Shown here one piece after another: positions 9,922 through 18,611 of a stretch of DNA of 41,362 nucleotides. Source of the stretch: a virus; the UHGV virus genome UHGV-1871327. One strand, given 5' to 3'. Position 1 is the stretch's first letter, and every line of letters starts with the position of its first letter. Both the position numbers and the translations under genes were made by a program. Under the pieces are notes generated by a model. The model was not told the DNA's origin. It did no database searches and worked only from the letters and a program-made list of their open reading frames with translations.

Positions 9922-10313
9922 GTCGCGGGCTGCAGAACTGATTCTGCAGCAGTTTTACTTGCTTCCACTCCGGCTTCCGCAAGTTCTACTTCCTGCTGAA
10001 GCATAGTTTCAAGCCTTGCCTTCAACGCTTCAAATTCGTCCAACTGAGCTTTATAATCATCCAAAAGCGCGCAATACAGTCGCATAGCTCTCCGGGCAGA
10101 AACTTTTTCACCGCACAACTGTTCCGCTGCCTCTTTTCCAAACAGAGCTTCCGCTCCAGCCTTTACAACTTCGTATGATTTTACCATCAATACCTTGAAA
10201 TCACCGCCGGCTTCTCTTGTCGCTGCTTTGAATTTCTGAATCAGTTGGTCATAAGCATCATATTGCTCCGGATTCGTAATGTCGAAATCCACTTCCGTGT
10301 CATAAAACTTCAT
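9918..10313 (-). CDS. Tail assembly chaperone (gpG-like)
   Basis: 131-aa acidic helical protein directly after the major tail gene. Confidence 0.55.
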   Translation of the reverse strand: MKFYDTEVDFDITNPEQYDAYDQLIQKFKAATREAGGDFKVLMVKSYEVVKAGAEALFGKEAAEQLCGEKVSARRAMRLYCALLDDYKAQLDEFEALKARLETMLQQEVELAEAGVEASKTAAESVLQPAT

Positions 10314-10330
10314 CCCTGACTACCTCCTTC

Positions 10331-10876
10331 TCACACGCTCGGCGTGGAAAGTGTTTTCGCGTAAGCGAAATTTGCCTTTGCTGCATCCGCTGCAGTAAAC
10401 ACTTTTGTTTCCGTATCAAACCAGCCGTATTCCCAATCACCCTTTGCCAACAGGTTTCCGGATCCTTCGATTTCGCCGTCAGAATCATCAAAGCTGGAAA
10501 CCTCAATGGCCACATTCCGCTTTCTGGCCGGATAACCCTTCGATGCAGATTCCGTGGAATCTTTTTCGCCCAGCAGATCCACATCTACATATTCGGTTTC
10601 AGCATCCCCGCCGACCAATTCCTCTTTGCCGACCTTGATCAGATGCGCGATGGCTTTCTCGCTGTCAATCTGATCAAAGGTAAACGGCGCCGTCCAGGCG
10701 TAGCCGGAAATGGACTGGGATTCCGATACCATGTTGATATACCGTTTCTGCTTCGTGGCCGCCGCCGGGCTGTCGTTCAACTGGGTAAAACCGGTTCCCA
10801 TAAATTCAAATGCATCGCCTACCTTCAGGTATCCGGCGATCTGCGCTCTCTGTCTTACGCTTGCTGTTCCTACCAT
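10331..10876 (-). CDS. Major tail protein
   Basis: 181 aa, positioned after the tail-completion genes and before the chaperone. Composition typical of siphovirus tail tube proteins. Confidence 0.7.
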   Translation of the reverse strand: MVGTASVRQRAQIAGYLKVGDAFEFMGTGFTQLNDSPAAATKQKRYINMVSESQSISGYAWTAPFTFDQIDSEKAIAHLIKVGKEELVGGDAETEYVDVDLLGEKDSTESASKGYPARKRNVAIEVSSFDDSDGEIEGSGNLLAKGDWEYGWFDTETKVFTAADAAKANFAYAKTLSTPSV

Positions 10877-10879
10877 TTT

Positions 10880-11305
10880 TTAAACACTCCTTTTCTGATA
10901 ATAGATAAATTCACACTGTATCCGATACTGCGCCTTATTGCCTGCCTGGTCGTACAGGTAGCCGTCTGTCAGGGCGGTCAGGCTCTTCGCTTCCTGCCCT
11001 TCTTTCAGCTCCGGCAGTATTCCCTTTGCCGTACATTCCTCCAGCCATGCCTGAAAATCATCAAAGAATTCACTGGTGTCCAGGTTGTCCAGGTCGTTAT
11101 AGCAGACCCGGGAGCAGAAAGAAAACTGCTTCCGGCGCAGGGTATCTCCGTTGATATAGCGTTGTACAATCGGCTCTGACGGCGTCACTTCCAGGCTGTA
11201 GGCATCCGCGCCTTCTGGAAGGAAATCCACGAACAGAGCGCGAAAATCCTCCAGGCATGGACATTCTTTTGCAATCCAGTTCCGGATCCTGCTGATAATA
11301 CTCAT
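10880..11305 (-). CDS. Tail terminator or tail completion protein
   Basis: 141 aa in the conserved connector-to-tail gene order. Confidence 0.45.
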   Translation of the reverse strand: MSIISRIRNWIAKECPCLEDFRALFVDFLPEGADAYSLEVTPSEPIVQRYINGDTLRRKQFSFCSRVCYNDLDNLDTSEFFDDFQAWLEECTAKGILPELKEGQEAKSLTALTDGYLYDQAGNKAQYRIQCEFIYYQKRSV

Positions 11306-11646
11306 CCCACTTTACCTCCGCAAAAATTGGCCACCGCCTTTACGATCTGCGGCCCCTTATCTGGCCACATGCGCTGATCCCATCTGGGGCCGCGGAGACC
11401 GTTTCCGCGATGCTCATAATACTGCCGGCGGGCGTAAGGCTGTATGTATTCAATGTAATTCACATGCTCCACCGCTGTATTTTTCAGGACGCCGGTCCGC
11501 ATCGGTACATACGGGTCACACTGGCGCCGTACCTCATGGGTAAAAAACTGCTGCGCCTTCCCGTTCTGGTTCAAATACCGTCGCAGCAAAATCTGATCTG
11601 TCGGATCCATCTGCAGGGTAATCTTTGTGGTCACAGGCATCACCAT
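11302..11646 (-). CDS. Head closure protein or minor capsid protein (HK97 gp10-like position)
   Basis: 114 aa, with 4-nt overlaps to both neighbours in the head-tail joining block. Confidence 0.45.
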   Translation of the reverse strand: MVMPVTTKITLQMDPTDQILLRRYLNQNGKAQQFFTHEVRRQCDPYVPMRTGVLKNTAVEHVNYIEYIQPYARRQYYEHRGNGLRGPRWDQRMWPDKGPQIVKAVANFCGGKVG

Positions 11647-12056
11647 CCTTCCATCCGGATATGAGGTAATCCGCCACGGCGGTTATCGCCCCAGCTTTTA
11701 ACCTGTCCATACTGTGCATGCGCATTTTCCAGATCGGACGGTTTCGTGATCTCCGGGCCTTCGCCCCGGCAAAAATAATCACCGTTCTGGACAGTCCAGA
11801 TGCCGTCCGTATCCTTCAGCCCGGCATATTCCTGCGCCGGCTGGTATGTATTCAGCGCAGGCTGCCCATCTGCCAGAGCTTCCGGTGGGATACGGATTTT
11901 ATAGACGTCGCCGCCGGCCAGACCGCCGGACGCTGCGGATACATTTATGGACGCATACCACGACACGTCCTGGATCACATGCCGGATATATACCGTCTGC
12001 CGTGTTGCCGGATCTATGCGGTGATTATAGATTGTAATATCTGCATTGGTAATCAT
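11640..12056 (-). CDS. Head-tail adaptor or minor capsid protein
   Basis: 138 aa, in the head-tail joining block. Confidence 0.45.
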   Translation of the reverse strand: MITNADITIYNHRIDPATRQTVYIRHVIQDVSWYASINVSAASGGLAGGDVYKIRIPPEALADGQPALNTYQPAQEYAGLKDTDGIWTVQNGDYFCRGEGPEITKPSDLENAHAQYGQVKSWGDNRRGGLPHIRMEGW

Positions 12057-12429
12057 AGTTCCTCATCCTCGCACTGCGGTTTAAAAGCCCTGTTGGCAGC
12101 AGGTAAATCCGGGCAGCTTCATAGGCTTTTCTGGCCGCATAGGCTTCCAACGTTTCCCCATCTGCCCGGTCCGTTACATAGGTCACGCTATAGCCGTCAT
12201 TGTTTTCGGATTTTACGGCTCCTTCAGCAGCTCCATTCCCGGAGTATACTGCCGCATATACATCTACCACGGAACAAACGGCATCCCGGACAGCATCCAG
12301 ATCCGGAAGTTCCTGACGCATAGTCAGATATCGGATGTATGCCTCAGCCTGGCGTTCCTGCTGGTCAAATGTCGCCTGATCCAGCTTTCCCTTGTATTCC
12401 TCTTTGTAATACTTGAAATCTACATACAT
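12025..12429 (-). CDS. Head-tail connector protein (gp6-like)
   Basis: 134 aa starting MYVDFKYYKEEYKGKLDQATFDQQERQAEAYIRYLT, typical of the gp6-like DNA-packaging and connector family. Confidence 0.6.
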   Translation of the reverse strand: MYVDFKYYKEEYKGKLDQATFDQQERQAEAYIRYLTMRQELPDLDAVRDAVCSVVDVYAAVYSGNGAAEGAVKSENNDGYSVTYVTDRADGETLEAYAARKAYEAARIYLLPTGLLNRSARMRNYDYQCRYYNL

Positions 12430-12443
12430 CCTTGCTCCCTCCC

Positions 12444-12788
12444 TTACGCCATGATTCCAGCTGCCTTCAGGTTTGCGATAATTGCATTGATTGCCACTTT
12501 ATTGGCATCCGCCAGGGTTGCCACCTTCTGAACCTCAGCCTGGGCAAATTCTGCGCCGATGGTTCCCGCGTTTTCCGCGGACACCGCTGACACTGCCGCC
12601 GACATCTTCACGCCGCCGACAACCTCTGTTGTCGCTGCCGGAATTGAACCCGATCCGGAATCCGGCCAATTATCGGCCAGTTCCTGGATCAGGTCTGCAA
12701 TCTGGTTTTCGCTTTTATCAGATACATCTTCCCCGGTGATCTTCTTGTATAGATTTTTAATCGCGTCTGAGATCATCATATCAGGCAC
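12444..12788 (-). CDS. Hypothetical head protein (decoration or head-fibre-like)
   Basis: 114 aa, Ala-rich, immediately after the major capsid gene. Confidence 0.4.
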   Translation of the reverse strand: MPDMMISDAIKNLYKKITGEDVSDKSENQIADLIQELADNWPDSGSGSIPAATTEVVGGVKMSAAVSAVSAENAGTIGAEFAQAEVQKVATLADANKVAINAIIANLKAAGIMA

Positions 12789-13749
12789 CTGCTTTCAGGA
12801 TCGCAAACGGGCATCTTTTTGATTCGTCCGTCTGCAGGCTGTTAATCGGGTTCGGGATTTCCCAGCCGAGACGCATTACAGCACGGAGGGCTACCATGTC
12901 ATTCTGCGCCAGGTTGTAGACAATCGCCTGGGTAGACGGGTCCTGGATAACCGCCTGATCCAGCAATTTAAAAGTGATATCCTGGCGAATCGCATACACC
13001 AACTGGCTAAAATCCCCAGAAATCATCAGGGCTTTGCTCTTGTCAAAAGCACCGTTACGCGGGAAGGTCATCGGAGATCCATCCAGGCTGTAGGTGGTGC
13101 CTCCCTGCATATCATTTTTAAAGATCGGATTTCCGGTGGAATCCTTCAGCCCACGCAGCTTCGCGCGCATGGAGATATCCGCCATATGCCCGCTGACGAA
13201 ATATCCGGATTCCTCCACCTTTGCGATCACGCCCGCTTCTCCCATGATGGAATCATACAGGTCATCATCAATCGTTACCGTAGCCGTGGCGGTCGTGGCA
13301 GTCGTTACAATGTCGTCCCTCCAGGTGCTGGGCTTATTGACGCCAAAGAGGATCGCAGCATCAATTACTTTTCCAAACGCTTCCTGCACCCTCGGCCGTA
13401 CCTCGCCCCAGATGTCGTAATCCGCATCATCCAGGACTGCTTCCGGAATCGGAACAATGCAGGCGATTTCCTCAGCGGTGATGATCTTTTTGTCCCACTG
13501 CATCTTTGTGGTCTGTTTCATTCCGGTATCCCCGTTGACAAAATAGGCCAGCGGCAGCATATCCAGGACCGGCATCCGGTACTGTTTGCTGGTCATGTTC
13601 GGCAGTTTCCGTCCCATAGACAATACTGCCGACTGCTCTACTGCCCCCTGGATGATCTCATTACTGTGCTGCTCCTCGATCAGGGTCTCCGCCCCGGATC
13701 TGTCAATGATATCTACTGCAAAAATCTGCAGGCTCAGTTTCAGTTTCAT
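12781..13749 (-). CDS. Major capsid protein (HK97 fold)
   Basis: 322 aa after the scaffold gene. N-terminus MKLKLSLQIFA-VDIID carries a Prp-type cleavage motif (LQxFA). Confidence 0.9.
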   Translation of the reverse strand: MKLKLSLQIFAVDIIDRSGAETLIEEQHSNEIIQGAVEQSAVLSMGRKLPNMTSKQYRMPVLDMLPLAYFVNGDTGMKQTTKMQWDKKIITAEEIACIVPIPEAVLDDADYDIWGEVRPRVQEAFGKVIDAAILFGVNKPSTWRDDIVTTATTATATVTIDDDLYDSIMGEAGVIAKVEESGYFVSGHMADISMRAKLRGLKDSTGNPIFKNDMQGGTTYSLDGSPMTFPRNGAFDKSKALMISGDFSQLVYAIRQDITFKLLDQAVIQDPSTQAIVYNLAQNDMVALRAVMRLGWEIPNPINSLQTDESKRCPFAILKAGA

Positions 13750-13764
13750 ATCGTGCTCCTTTCT

Positions 13765-14334
13765 CTATCTTCTAAATGCGTTTCGGATAGCCTGATTGAC
13801 CGTCTCATTTTCGTTCTCCCCGTGTGTGCCGGATCCGTTGCTGCCTCCCGTTACGCCGGTATCCACCCGGTATCCCCCCGCAGATGTAAACCGCGGGTTT
13901 TCCTTCAAGAATTTATCCACTGCCTTTTCAAAAGTGGTCTTATCGTCTACCATCCGGGACGCCTTAAAGATCACATAATCGTAATCTTCTTGACGGACAT
14001 TCTTTTTAGCCAGCAGTTTCTCCTGCTCATACTGGTCCACTTTTTTCTGCAGTTCTGCCGCCTTGACAGCCGGATCATTCTGCTTCTGTCGGTCTTTGAA
14101 TTCCGCGATTGCCTTATCCGCATCCTCTTTGGATAATCCCTGCTGCTTAAAATAGCCGCGCAGGACAGAATCCTCCGTCACAGACTGCTTTCCGGCCACG
14201 ATCTGGGCCAGTTTCTCATAATCAATCTGCGCCGCTGGCTGTGGATTCGGTGCGGGGTTCGGGTTGGGTTTCGGATCCGGATTGGGGGCCGGATCTTCGG
14301 CAAAAATCTGAAGGTCAATTATTCTTTTTTTCAT
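13765..14334 (-). CDS. Capsid scaffolding protein
   Basis: 189 aa, helical and charged, with a Pro-Asn repeat (PAPNPDPKPNPNPAPNPQP). N-terminus MKKRIIDLQIFA-EDP carries the same LQIFA motif as the capsid protein. Confidence 0.8.
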   Translation of the reverse strand: MKKRIIDLQIFAEDPAPNPDPKPNPNPAPNPQPAAQIDYEKLAQIVAGKQSVTEDSVLRGYFKQQGLSKEDADKAIAEFKDRQKQNDPAVKAAELQKKVDQYEQEKLLAKKNVRQEDYDYVIFKASRMVDDKTTFEKAVDKFLKENPRFTSAGGYRVDTGVTGGSNGSGTHGENENETVNQAIRNAFRR

Positions 14335-14448
14335 GTTCTCTCTCCTATCTCAACAGTTTTTCGGGTGTCTCCCGATCATTTACAGTTTTCCGTGTGTCTC
14401 ACACTACAGTTTTAGCCAGGTGTCTCCTCGTAGTTTTACGCCTTCGGG

Positions 14449-14736
14449 CTATCCAATCCGGACATGATCCGGATATCGCTCCGCAATAGCAGAAATTCCA
14501 ATAAAAAAAGAATCTATCAGCAATTTCCCTTCATCTGACAGATCCTCATAACGGATGATCCCAGTACCATCTGATATATGGTATCCAATTTTGTCCCTAG
14601 TCAGTGCATCCAAGCTGTTTACTAATGTACAAACCAGCGCAGACACCGCCGCACAGACAATATCTTTTCCGGCCGGTGCATAACCGGAATGTCCCAGGAC
14701 TGAAATGCCGTCCTTACGAACGCTGACCACTATCAT
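14449..14736 (-). CDS. prp: Prp-like cysteine protease (ribosomal-processing protease family, DUF464/YsxB-like)
   Basis: MIVVSVRKDGISVLGHSGYAPAGKDIVCAAVSALVCTLVNSL.. matches the Prp His/Cys dyad region (GH.G..G.DIVCAA.SA). The refined start is the internal M of track ORF 14449..14778. Confidence 0.8.
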   Translation of the reverse strand: MIVVSVRKDGISVLGHSGYAPAGKDIVCAAVSALVCTLVNSLDALTRDKIGYHISDGTGIIRYEDLSDEGKLLIDSFFIGISAIAERYPDHVRIG

Positions 14737-14914
14737 TCTGCGGCACCGCCTCTCCCTTTGCTGGAATGGGATCTTCAAAGATCACCTTTGCCACTCCAGC
14801 GTTTACCAATGTCTGCGCCCGCGCTTTCGTTGTCCGGAACAGCTCACCCCGTTCCTTCCGGACCTTCAGCTGTGCATCCTCATAGGTCTTTGTTACCTCA
14901 ACGATTACCGACAT
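14714..14914 (-). CDS. Hypothetical small protein (66 aa)
   Basis: RBS AGGAGG 7 nt before the ATG at 14914. MSVIVEVTKTYEDAQLKVRKERGELF.. Overlaps the prp start by 23 nt. Confidence 0.45.
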   Translation of the reverse strand: MSVIVEVTKTYEDAQLKVRKERGELFRTTKARAQTLVNAGVAKVIFEDPIPAKGEAVPQNDSGQRS

Positions 14915-14978
14915 TCTTCTGCCTCCTTTTCTTAAAAATGAGTATAAAAAACCAGCCCGAAGGCTGGCGTTTTCCGTC

Positions 14979-15329
14979 TTATACAAACGGTGCTATACTT
15001 TTTACATCTTTAAAAAATTCTTTTGCTTTGCTTAAAAAAGAATTATCTAAGAGATATTCAATCCCTTTTGGCGTAATCTGACAATGGTCTAAATTCGACA
15101 GGTGAAGGTGTACACTTCCATCAATATACCTCGACTCTTTCGCGATGATCCCCGTAATATAGCCGTCCTGCAAAAGATTTTTAAAAATATACTCGTAATA
15201 GGTTTCCGGAATGTCGTACAATGCCGCGCGTGAAATCCGTTCGGAATCAATCTCGCCGCCGCTTTTTAGCTGTTGATACAGATAGCTTAAAATCTGATAT
15301 ACAATCACATGATAATCATCTTTCGCCAT
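14979..15329 (-). CDS. YjcQ-family phage protein
   Basis: 116 aa in an AT-rich island. The ..ITPKGIEYLLDNS.. motif is reminiscent of SPbeta/skin YjcQ proteins. Confidence 0.5.
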   Translation of the reverse strand: MAKDDYHVIVYQILSYLYQQLKSGGEIDSERISRAALYDIPETYYEYIFKNLLQDGYITGIIAKESRYIDGSVHLHLSNLDHCQITPKGIEYLLDNSFLSKAKEFFKDVKSIAPFV

Positions 15330-15340
15330 GGGAAAGCCTC

Positions 15341-15568
15341 CTATTTATGCTGTTGCTCTAAAATCTCAATGGATTTAACTTCGCTTTGCGGTATTCCTAC
15401 ATAGCCCTGTTTACAAATAATACTGATACTATTCTCTCCAAAGCCTTCTCCTTCAGCTTCCTCACCGATATCCACAATATCAGAAATATAACCAATAAAT
15501 TCTCGCCCTTCTGTATCAGTAATTTTCACTTTTCCGTCTACATCCTGATAATCCCAAAGATTAATCAT
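15341..15568 (-). CDS. Hypothetical small acidic protein
   Basis: 75 aa, AT-rich, directly downstream of the MuF-like gene with an 8-nt overlap. Confidence 0.4.
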   Translation of the reverse strand: MINLWDYQDVDGKVKITDTEGREFIGYISDIVDIGEEAEGEGFGENSISIICKQGYVGIPQSEVKSIEILEQQHK

Positions 15569-17174
15569 AGTTATCCCCCTTTATCGGAACCAAATGAGTA
15601 CCACGCTTTGAATAGTGTAGTGCAGCTTTATTCGTATCATGGAACTCTCCTTTTGCGTAATACTGTCCTATCACCTTTTCACAAGTAATCAATTCAACCT
15701 GTGTCGGATCACCATTAGCGGATACTCTTATAATACCTGTCCCATGTTTATTATTGATGATTTTCTGAACTTCAGCCTCACTAATTAAAATATTGCTTTG
15801 CGGGTTTCCTCCCCGCTCTTCTCTCGCCTGACGGTATTCCATGTATTTTGGTGTCCCAAAAACATGCTTATCGTACTGTTGCTTACTTAATTTCAAAGAA
15901 TATTCTCCTGATTCTACCTTCTTTGAAATAATACTAGCGGGTAACTGTGGGATTCTTTCCCTTATTGTAGCAGATTTAGCACCTCCTGAAAAGGCTTTTG
16001 CTGGAATCCGCCCGCCGGCCATCCGGCCCAGGCCATCCATATACACCCGCTCCATCTGCTCATTCAGGCCAATTGCTTTGGAGAATCCCTGATACTCATG
16101 CAGCGTATTCAGGTACCGGCTCTGCGCCGCCCGAATCGTATCTGCATCCGCCCGGCCTTCCTTTAACTGCTTGATATTCGCCCGCTGCGCCCGCATGGTA
16201 GTCTCCAACTGACGCTGGCGCTGAGTGGCTGTGTAGCCATCATACTGCTTCCCGTGGTAGGTGCGAATTTCAGCATCCTTCTGGTGTAGCTCTTCCAGAT
16301 ACTCATCCGTATATGTTCTGACGGAAACGCCCGGAATAAATGCATAATAGCTATGCCGGCAGTTGGCGCCACATAATCCGGTCACATCACCCAGTCCGCA
16401 GACGGTTCCCAGATCCCGGTAGTGATAAACCCGTCCCTGCCAGACTGCGTGCGTCGGCCGGGCGCCGGCATGTGCGGTGACTTCGTAGTATTCCGTATTC
16501 AGGTCTTTTGCGATCTTCTCGTTCATCTTTGCGGACAGTTGCTGCACCCCTGTCAGCAGCGCTCTTCTGGCCGCCACAGGTGCCCGCGAATGATGCCCGG
16601 ATGCATAATCTACCGTCTGCAGGCCGGAAGCCGTCATTTCCTTCACGACGCGGCGCAGAACTGTATTATAATCAAACGATCCCGTTATCACATCCAGGGA
16701 CGCCCGGTCCAGGTATTTCTGGTAATATTCCGACAGTGGCGTGAACACTACTTTCCCGCTGCCCATATCTACAGAAAACCCCAGGCTTCCGGTGATATTT
16801 TTAATATCGCCCTGCGTCTGCTGCACCACGGCATTTGTCCACTGCTGCAGGGTGTCGTTTTCTTCATAGGGAATAAAATTGCTGTTGATCTGCTCATATA
16901 GCTCTTTTTTGCGGGTGTAATCTTTTTCAACCACCTGATCATACAGTTCCCAGATTTCCGCATCCGACATGCCAGTGATCCGTTTGATCTCTGATTCAAT
17001 GTACTCTGTGCTTTCGCCCAGCATCTGCATTTTGACCAGTTGATAATCCGCTGTGGACGTGATCTCCCCGGTTTTCCGTATCCGCCGTACCACATCAGTC
17101 ATAATCCGGTCCTGAAGCTCATAAAACAGTTTTTCCAGTTCCAGGGGCAGCCTGGCCAGATCATCCGGCAGCAT
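15561..17174 (-). CDS. Minor head protein (phage head morphogenesis, SPP1 gp7 / Mu F family) with a C-terminal extension
   Basis: 537 aa. ..GLCGANCRHSYYAFIPGVS.. is the MuF signature. About 150 extra C-terminal residues of unknown function. Confidence 0.85.
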   Translation of the reverse strand: MLPDDLARLPLELEKLFYELQDRIMTDVVRRIRKTGEITSTADYQLVKMQMLGESTEYIESEIKRITGMSDAEIWELYDQVVEKDYTRKKELYEQINSNFIPYEENDTLQQWTNAVVQQTQGDIKNITGSLGFSVDMGSGKVVFTPLSEYYQKYLDRASLDVITGSFDYNTVLRRVVKEMTASGLQTVDYASGHHSRAPVAARRALLTGVQQLSAKMNEKIAKDLNTEYYEVTAHAGARPTHAVWQGRVYHYRDLGTVCGLGDVTGLCGANCRHSYYAFIPGVSVRTYTDEYLEELHQKDAEIRTYHGKQYDGYTATQRQRQLETTMRAQRANIKQLKEGRADADTIRAAQSRYLNTLHEYQGFSKAIGLNEQMERVYMDGLGRMAGGRIPAKAFSGGAKSATIRERIPQLPASIISKKVESGEYSLKLSKQQYDKHVFGTPKYMEYRQAREERGGNPQSNILISEAEVQKIINNKHGTGIIRVSANGDPTQVELITCEKVIGQYYAKGEFHDTNKAALHYSKRGTHLVPIKGDNYD

Positions 17175-17177
17175 TGA

Positions 17178-18611
17178 TTACTCCTCCTCGCCATCCGGCG
17201 GCACCTCGTCGGATGTGATATGCTTTGCAGCTTCCTCCGCATCCTCCTGATACCATTTCATCCGGTAATCCAGCAGCGTCATAGCTCCCATCGCCACGTC
17301 CTGGCGGTCCTGCTGCCGCTCAGACTGTTTATCTTCGATGATGCTGTCATCAAAATCAATCGTAATTTCCGTCTCCGGATCCACGGCGTTCCCCAAGGTC
17401 TGCCCCAGCCGCAGGATGATCTGGGCCAGCTCCTTCAGCACATCCTCCAGGATAATCTCATGCTTTTTCAGTGTCCGGAACATATCACTGTTTTCGGAGA
17501 TCACCTGCGTAGCTGTAGTGACATTACCCTGCTCAAATTTATAATGCTTTGGCCCGAATCCCGTCTTTATAGACAAAATATTCAGTCCATCATTCAGGGC
17601 CTTGTTATGCTCATCCGAGCGCAGCTCCATATTGGATTCCACAATGGGCTTATCGCCCCTCAGCGTATCTTCCGGTAGCTTGTAAAATACGACATCGTTC
17701 GGGTCAAAGACCGGATCGCCCAGTTCGTTGACAGCCATCATTTCCGGGGCCACAAAGACCCGTTTTTTCCCCAGGACAAATTCATTCACATAAGAATCAT
17801 AGGTAGTATCAAGCCCCCGCAGCTGGTCTAGGCTGTTGGCAAACAGCGCCACGCCCATCGGATTGTCCTCGGATGTATTGTTGACGATGTTCAGCCGGTC
17901 GATCACAAACTGCCGGTGGGTTGACCCCGTATGGATTTTAGGCTGTAAGGATGCAAAAGGCGGAAGTTCCTTCCACTTATCCACGGATAGCTCTTTTCCA
18001 GCGCCTTCTGTACACTCTACAACATGGTTTTCAATTACATATTCCGGCTGTTCACCTGTCATTTGGATCAGATGCAGCTGGATATTCGCAAACTGCTTAC
18101 CCTTTACAGTTTTAAAAAAAGAAAAGGCGCACTCGGTAATCTCCGAGTTTTCCCAGCTTAACGGAAAAATATTTGCAGCGGAAACAAAATTGATATCTAC
18201 ACTGCCTTCACCGCCGATCAGATGCCCATCCTCCGCAATCCGGATTCCATTCAGGCATGGGATATAGGCTACTGTCCCTGTATAGGCCTTGCGCTCCTGG
18301 TAATCATTTCCGATCACCAAAAAGCGGTTCTTTTTCAAAACCGCCTGCAGGTACGCATCCGACACTGCATCCGCAGCGACAATAGAGACGCGCTCATTCA
18401 GCAGCAAGTCCGCAATATCTTCAGATGTTTTCTTTGCCATCCCCAGGCTGTACCGTTTCACCAGGATATGCTCCCGGCCATTGTAAATCCGGTACGTGTG
18501 AAACCCCTTGACGCTGTTCCGATACCAGTTTTCCCAGGTATTTATCAGCGAATAAAAAGAGCCCGGAACCGTATCATGGCCCAGGTTCTTCAGATATTTT
18601 GTTACATTCAT
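17178..18611 (-). CDS. Portal protein (SPP1 gp6-like)
   Basis: 477 aa, immediately after the terminase with a 4-nt overlap. Acidic C-terminal tail. Confidence 0.9.
   Translation of the reverse strand: MNVTKYLKNLGHDTVPGSFYSLINTWENWYRNSVKGFHTYRIYNGREHILVKRYSLGMAKKTSEDIADLLLNERVSIVAADAVSDAYLQAVLKKNRFLVIGNDYQERKAYTGTVAYIPCLNGIRIAEDGHLIGGEGSVDINFVSAANIFPLSWENSEITECAFSFFKTVKGKQFANIQLHLIQMTGEQPEYVIENHVVECTEGAGKELSVDKWKELPPFASLQPKIHTGSTHRQFVIDRLNIVNNTSEDNPMGVALFANSLDQLRGLDTTYDSYVNEFVLGKKRVFVAPEMMAVNELGDPVFDPNDVVFYKLPEDTLRGDKPIVESNMELRSDEHNKALNDGLNILSIKTGFGPKHYKFEQGNVTTATQVISENSDMFRTLKKHEIILEDVLKELAQIILRLGQTLGNAVDPETEITIDFDDSIIEDKQSERQQDRQDVAMGAMTLLDYRMKWYQEDAEEAAKHITSDEVPPDGEEE

Noticed and set aside
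9918-9960. Looked for a gpG/gpGT-type -1 frameshift between the chaperone and Gp15-like genes
   Set aside because: The downstream frame is open only 11 codons upstream of its own ATG, and there is no X.XXY.YYZ slippery heptamer in the overlap. A simple ATGA-coupled restart is more likely.
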